Below, one piece after another: positions 37,836 to 42,479 of a stretch of DNA of 42,479 nt (the stretch's first letter is position 1; the number at the start of each line of letters is the position of its first letter). Location: the sequence record SRR31156797_4835. One strand, written 5' to 3'. The notes beneath the pieces were generated by a model. The model searched no databases. It was not told the DNA's origin and saw only the letters and a program-made list of their open reading frames with translations. A program made the position numbers and the translations under genes.

Positions 37836-39182
37836 ATGACCAAAAAAATTTCGCTATTGATTGTTGATGATGAAGAATCTGTAAGGGACTCGCTTAACAA
37901 CTGGTTTATTGAAGATGGGTATGATGTGGCCTGTGCTGCCAACGCCAAAGATGCACTTTCGATGCTCAAGGCCAAAAACTACGACATCATCCTGGCGGAT
38001 ATAAAAATGCCAGGGATGGACGGCATCGAGATGAACAAACGTATAAAAGCGCTGAACCAGGATGCAATCGTTATTATCATGACTGCCTTTGCCTCGGTGG
38101 AAACCGCCGTGCAGGCGCTCAAAGACGGTGCTTACGACTACGTAACAAAACCTTTCGACCCCGATGACCTGTCGCACCTTATCCGCAACGCTTCAAGCCA
38201 TATTACCCTGCAGGCTGAAAATGAAGCCCTGAAAAACAAAGTGATCACACTGGAAAACATCGATGACATTATCGGCACCAGTAAACAGATGGTTAATGTA
38301 CTTAAGGAAGTGGAAAATGTTGCCCAGTCAAACTCTTCGGTAATCATCACCGGTGAAAGCGGGACCGGAAAGGAACTCATTGCCAGGGCTATCCATTCCA
38401 ACTCACCCCGAAAATATTTTCCGATGGTTTCAGTCCATTGCGGAGCTTTATCAGAAAACCTGCTCGAGAGTGAGCTTTTCGGTCATGAGAAAGGTGCCTT
38501 CACAGGCGCCATGTTTAATCGTAAAGGCCGGTTTGAGATGGCCGATGGTGGCACCATTTTTCTTGATGAAATCGCCACAGTTTCTTCGAAAATGCAGGTT
38601 GAACTGCTACGGGTTCTCGAAACCAAAAGCTTTGTTAGGGTTGGTGGTAACAAGGAAATCACTTCCGATTTCAGGGTGATTTGCGCCACAAACCGCGACC
38701 TGAAAAAGCTGGTGGACAATGGAACCTTCCGCGAAGACCTCTACTATCGCCTTAATGTGGTCAACATCCGGATTCCTCCGCTCAGAGAGCGCCCCGAGGA
38801 TATTCCGATGCTGGCACAACATTTCGTGAAAAAATACTGCACCTCCATGAGCCGCGACACCATCACCATCGAAGGGGCAGCACTCAAAAGGCTTGAGTCA
38901 TACGATTTTCCCGGTAATGTACGAGAGCTGGAAAACATGATCGAGCGGGCCATTGTGGTTGGTAACGGAAAAGAAATTCGTTTGGGTGACCTGCCACTTG
39001 GCAAGGACAGCATCAGTGCTGCTTACGAAAGCCTTGAAGACCTCGAGAAAAAGTACATTCTCGAAGTACTCAACAACAACGACTGGAACATCTCCCGGTC
39101 GGCAAGGATCCTTAAGGTTGACCGTGTTACCCTCTACAACAAAATCAAAAAACACAGACTGGAATCGCAACAAGTAAGCTAA
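37836..39182 (+). CDS. sigma54-dependent NtrC/AtoC-family response regulator
   Basis: Receiver (IVDDE, ADIKMPGMDG), GESGTGKE, ESELFGHEKGAFTGA, FLDEI, FREDLYYRLNV, PGNVRELEN, Fis-type HTH. Confidence 0.96.
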   Translation: MTKKISLLIVDDEESVRDSLNNWFIEDGYDVACAANAKDALSMLKAKNYDIILADIKMPGMDGIEMNKRIKALNQDAIVIIMTAFASVETAVQALKDGAYDYVTKPFDPDDLSHLIRNASSHITLQAENEALKNKVITLENIDDIIGTSKQMVNVLKEVENVAQSNSSVIITGESGTGKELIARAIHSNSPRKYFPMVSVHCGALSENLLESELFGHEKGAFTGAMFNRKGRFEMADGGTIFLDEIATVSSKMQVELLRVLETKSFVRVGGNKEITSDFRVICATNRDLKKLVDNGTFREDLYYRLNVVNIRIPPLRERPEDIPMLAQHFVKKYCTSMSRDTITIEGAALKRLESYDFPGNVRELENMIERAIVVGNGKEIRLGDLPLGKDSISAAYESLEDLEKKYILEVLNNNDWNISRSARILKVDRVTLYNKIKKHRLESQQVS

Positions 39183-39235
39183 ACACTTGTTGTTTCCAAC
39201 AAATGAAATTAAGAAGCCAGAAAAGGTGAACGATA

Positions 39236-39766
39236 TTGGAACCGCAAAAAATAGTATTGATTTATCACGGCCCGTTTGAGCAGCATTGTCTCAACACCAT
39301 CGTTTCGGATATCCGGCAGATATACGGATTCCCGGTTGAGATGAGAAAATGCCACACCGACATCAGCGCTTTTTTTGATCCGGTCAGGCGACAATACAAC
39401 GCCAATAAGCTCCTGAATTATATAAAATCAAAACCTGACGGCAATACACTAAAAACCGTTGGTTTATTTCGTGTAGACCTGTTTATACCCATTCTCACTT
39501 ATATTTTTGGCCAGGCTGTATTCAAGGGCAATGCCGGTGTCGTATCTGTTTATCGTCTGCGCAATGAACAATATGGCCTCCCACCGGATCAGCAGCTGCT
39601 TCAGGAAAGATTACGTAAGGTTGTGATTCACGAGTTGGGTCACACCTTCGGTCTGGTGCACTGCCTCAACCCCGGTTGCGTTATGCGCTCCAGCACCTAT
39701 GTGGAAGACATCGACCAGAAAAAGCTGCACCTATGCAATCAGTGCCGGGAAGCGCTGGAGGTTTAA
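39236..39766 (+). CDS. Archaemetzincin-family (M54) Zn metalloprotease
   Basis: RRQYNA, YIFGQA, HELGHTFGLVHC, CVM, LCNQC (Cys4 structural Zn); TTG start. Confidence 0.9.
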   Translation: MEPQKIVLIYHGPFEQHCLNTIVSDIRQIYGFPVEMRKCHTDISAFFDPVRRQYNANKLLNYIKSKPDGNTLKTVGLFRVDLFIPILTYIFGQAVFKGNAGVVSVYRLRNEQYGLPPDQQLLQERLRKVVIHELGHTFGLVHCLNPGCVMRSSTYVEDIDQKKLHLCNQCREALEV

Positions 39767-39803
39767 CCACGGATTACACCGATAATTTGTGGCCATCTGT
39801 GGT
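39766..39803. repeat. REP-like imperfect palindrome between convergent genes (possible bidirectional terminator)
   Basis: accacggattacaccgat-a-atttgtggccatctgtggt fills almost all of the 40-bp gap; ACCAC...GTGGT ends. Confidence 0.55.
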
Positions 39804-39806
39804 GAT

Positions 39807-41387
39807 TTATACCATCCCCCTCAAATCATCCAAAGTATTGGCCTCCTCAATCTTTTTGTCCTTCCGCCAGCGGTGGATGCGGGGAAAACGGACGGCGATG
39901 CCTGATTTGTGGCGTGATGAATTGGCGATGGCCTCGAAGTGGATTTCAAAGACGAGTTCCGGCTTAACCTGCCGCACCGGCCCGAAACGCTGGAGGGTGT
40001 TCTGGCGCACGAAGCGGTCCACTTCAATGAATTCCTTGTCGGTTAGGCCGGAATAAGCCTTGGCAAAGGTCACCAGCTCACCGTTGTCCCACAGCCCGAA
40101 AGTGTAGTCGGTGTAGAGGTTGGCGCGGCGGCCATGCCCACGCATGGCAAAGGTCAGGACAGCGTCTATGGTGTAGGGATCCACTTTCCATTTCCACCAG
40201 TCGCCCTTTTTGCGGCCCACGCCATAGGGCGAATCCTTCCTTTTGATCATCAGTCCCTCGCAGTGCAGCTCCCGTGATTTTTCGCGCTCCCCGGCCAGCT
40301 CGTGCCAGCTTTGTAACGGCACCAGCGGCGACAGCCTCAGTGCCGGTGTTTTCTGCATTTCCCTGAAAATTCCTTCCAACTTTTCCCTTCGCTTCCCAAA
40401 GGGTTCTTCCCGTATATCTTTCCTGTCAAACTCCATCAGGTCGTAGGCCATGAAAATGACCGGGGTTCTGGTCAACAGGTTTTTGGAGATGTTTTTCCGT
40501 CCAATGCGTGTTTGAAGCGCCTGGAATGACATGGGCCTGCCTTCCTTCCAGGGCATGATCTCGCCGTCCATCACCGTCCCGTCGGGCAACAGGGTTTTGA
40601 GTACCTCAAATTCGGGATATTTTTCGGTGACCAGCTCTTCGCCACGCGACCACACAAACAGTTCCCCCTTGCGGAGGATGATCTGCCCGCGGATGCCGTC
40701 CCACTTTCTTTCAGCTGACCAGTCGATGGGATCGCCGAAATCCGCCAGTTCCTGCTCCACCGGATAGGCCAGGTAAAACGGATACGGACGCGAAAGATCT
40801 TCTGTTGCACTTTTTTCAAATACAAGCTCATGGAAAGATATGTTACCCGGATCCCAATTGCCCATCAAGCGGTGCGCCAGCAGGTTTTCCTCCACCTTAG
40901 TGGCTTTGCTCAAAGCGCGTGTCATCAGCTTTTGGCTCACACCCACCCGGAATCCGCCGGTGAGTATCTTGTTGAATACAAAACGTTCGTGGCTGTCCAA
41001 AGACTTCCAAATATTTATGATGAACGATTTCTTTTCAGACTCCTCGTACTCACGAATAGAGATCAGTTGATGAATAATTTCGGTGAGTGCGTATTCCTGA
41101 CGGTGCTCAGGACCGGGAAGGATTTTGGCGATGGTTTCGGCCAGGTCGCCCACTACATGGTAGGTTTCTTCGAACAACCATGCAGGAATACCCGAGACTT
41201 CTGAAGCCCATTCCCTCAAAAGCGCTGTGTTTACTGCTCGTTTGGGGCGCCGATGTGACAACAGCGCAATAGCCCAGACTTTATCCTTATCGGAAGCCTG
41301 CCTGAAATATTCGGCCAATGCCTCGACACGTACATTGGTTTTATTGGTCTCATCCAATTGCTGAAAGAGTTGCGCAAAACGTTTCAT
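39807..41387 (-). CDS. ATP-dependent DNA ligase
   Basis: ERKWDGIR (adenylated Lys), MDGEI, YDL, EGLMIK, WWKWK, IAVRFPRI. Confidence 0.95.
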   Translation of the reverse strand: MKRFAQLFQQLDETNKTNVRVEALAEYFRQASDKDKVWAIALLSHRRPKRAVNTALLREWASEVSGIPAWLFEETYHVVGDLAETIAKILPGPEHRQEYALTEIIHQLISIREYEESEKKSFIINIWKSLDSHERFVFNKILTGGFRVGVSQKLMTRALSKATKVEENLLAHRLMGNWDPGNISFHELVFEKSATEDLSRPYPFYLAYPVEQELADFGDPIDWSAERKWDGIRGQIILRKGELFVWSRGEELVTEKYPEFEVLKTLLPDGTVMDGEIMPWKEGRPMSFQALQTRIGRKNISKNLLTRTPVIFMAYDLMEFDRKDIREEPFGKRREKLEGIFREMQKTPALRLSPLVPLQSWHELAGEREKSRELHCEGLMIKRKDSPYGVGRKKGDWWKWKVDPYTIDAVLTFAMRGHGRRANLYTDYTFGLWDNGELVTFAKAYSGLTDKEFIEVDRFVRQNTLQRFGPVRQVKPELVFEIHFEAIANSSRHKSGIAVRFPRIHRWRKDKKIEEANTLDDLRGMV

Positions 41388-42388
41388 GTGTCCTCCCCGC
41401 TTAATGTTTCCCCTTCAAAATGTGTTTTTGCAATCATGGCATTGTAACCACGGTCGCGGAGCCATTGGGAAAAAATTTCAGAGTAACCATGAGTCACGAC
41501 CACATTTTCGGCACCGGTAGCTTCGATGGCTTTGTTTAGACCCTCCCATCCGGCATGGTCGCTGACTACAAAACCGCGATCTACCGCTCTTCTCCTGCGT
41601 GTGCCACGCAGGGCCATCCATCCTGAGGCCATGGCTGTGCTGTAGGGCTGGAACTTTCGCATCCACGGCGTTCCAAGCGCTGAGGGCGGCGCCACCACCA
41701 GCTGGCCTTTGTATTCGGTTTTCGGTATTTCCTGCGTAACCAGGGTGGTTTCCGGTATGTCGATCCCCTGCGCCCGCAGGATCACATTCACATTTTCGAT
41801 GGCACCATGGGTGAAAATCTTTCCATCCACATCCGCCAGCCCTTTGATCAACCGCTGTGCCTTGCCCAGGGCATATCCTATCAAAACAGATATCTTGTCC
41901 TCACTGCGGTTTTGCATCCACCAGCTTTTGATCTGATCGAAAACAATTTCCTGATCTTCCCACCTGAAAACCGGCAATCCAAAAGTGGACTCGGTGATGA
42001 AAGTATGGCATTTAACAGGTTCGAAGGGTTGTGAAAGCCCGTCGTTTTTCAGTTTGTAGTCGCCGGAAGCCACCCAGACCTCACCGTTGTATTCCACCCT
42101 TATTTGTGAGGATCCGGGAATATGCCCGGCCGGATGAAAAGAGAATTTTACGCCATTTATAGATATGTTTTCACCATAAGCAATCTCCCTCAGATTGATC
42201 TCCCCAAGCCGTTGCCGGATGATGGGTGCAGCATCTTTCTGAGCCAGGTAATGTTTATGGCCCCAACGGGCATGATCTGCATGGCCATGCGTGATCAGGG
42301 CTTTCTGCACAGGTTTCCAGGGATCGATGAAAAGTTCGGCCTGCCGGCAGTAGATTCCTTTTTCGGTAAATTGAAGGAGGTTGGTCAT
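41384..42388 (-). CDS. Ligase-associated DNA damage response exonuclease (MBL/beta-CASP)
   Basis: ITHGHADHAR, PAGHIPGS, SGDYK, ITESTFGLP, YALGKAQR, ASGWM, SDHA, THG; ATGA overlap with the ligase. Confidence 0.92.
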   Translation of the reverse strand: MTNLLQFTEKGIYCRQAELFIDPWKPVQKALITHGHADHARWGHKHYLAQKDAAPIIRQRLGEINLREIAYGENISINGVKFSFHPAGHIPGSSQIRVEYNGEVWVASGDYKLKNDGLSQPFEPVKCHTFITESTFGLPVFRWEDQEIVFDQIKSWWMQNRSEDKISVLIGYALGKAQRLIKGLADVDGKIFTHGAIENVNVILRAQGIDIPETTLVTQEIPKTEYKGQLVVAPPSALGTPWMRKFQPYSTAMASGWMALRGTRRRRAVDRGFVVSDHAGWEGLNKAIEATGAENVVVTHGYSEIFSQWLRDRGYNAMIAKTHFEGETLSGEDT

Positions 42389-42479
42389 GTTGATTAGAAA
42401 ACATGTGGTAATAGAAAAGGTTTAGGGAAATTAAACCTAGCAGGTCTGTTCCCAAAGATGAAGAGGATCACCCGGGAAT

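Noticed and set aside
42415-42479. Weak hairpin (aggttta...taaacct) and possible gene end at the right edge
   Set aside because: Too little sequence in the window to assign either.

Overview
Chromosomal window from a Bacteroidota genome, probably an anaerobic Bacteroidales. This is supported by several TAnnTTTG -7 promoter elements, four T9SS type-A cargo proteins and gldD/gldE. Housekeeping genes (tyrS, xseAB, metF, ssb, gldE-gldD, speA, ATP-dependent ligase plus ligase-associated exonuclease) are interspersed with accessory loci. The most striking locus is a co-oriented 7-gene unit at 31.2-39.8 kb. It encodes a PstS-like/TM/GcvH-like fusion, a Tat-exported HybA/HmcB-like 4x[4Fe-4S] protein, an NrfD/HybB/HmcC-like membrane protein, a second membrane-anchored GcvH-like protein, a histidine kinase with c-type heme motifs, a sigma54 activator and an archaemetzincin protease. 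No catalytic oxidoreductase subunit is present, both GcvH-like domains lack the canonical lipoyl-Lys position, and upstream lie three TGT-N11-ACA sites and a sigma54-like -24/-12 element. Other points of note: a 22-bp-period direct-repeat array over the promoter of an AAA_14/DUF4143 ATPase-nuclease; a ParE/RelE toxin broken by a 1-nt frameshift beside an A_AAA_AAG slippery site; a truncated orphan HTH antitoxin; a 9-bp-period low-complexity tract upstream of tyrS; and a T9SS adhesin-like gene missed by the ORF track. No CRISPR array, rRNA, tRNA or transposase was seen. All family assignments are from motifs read by eye, not database searches.
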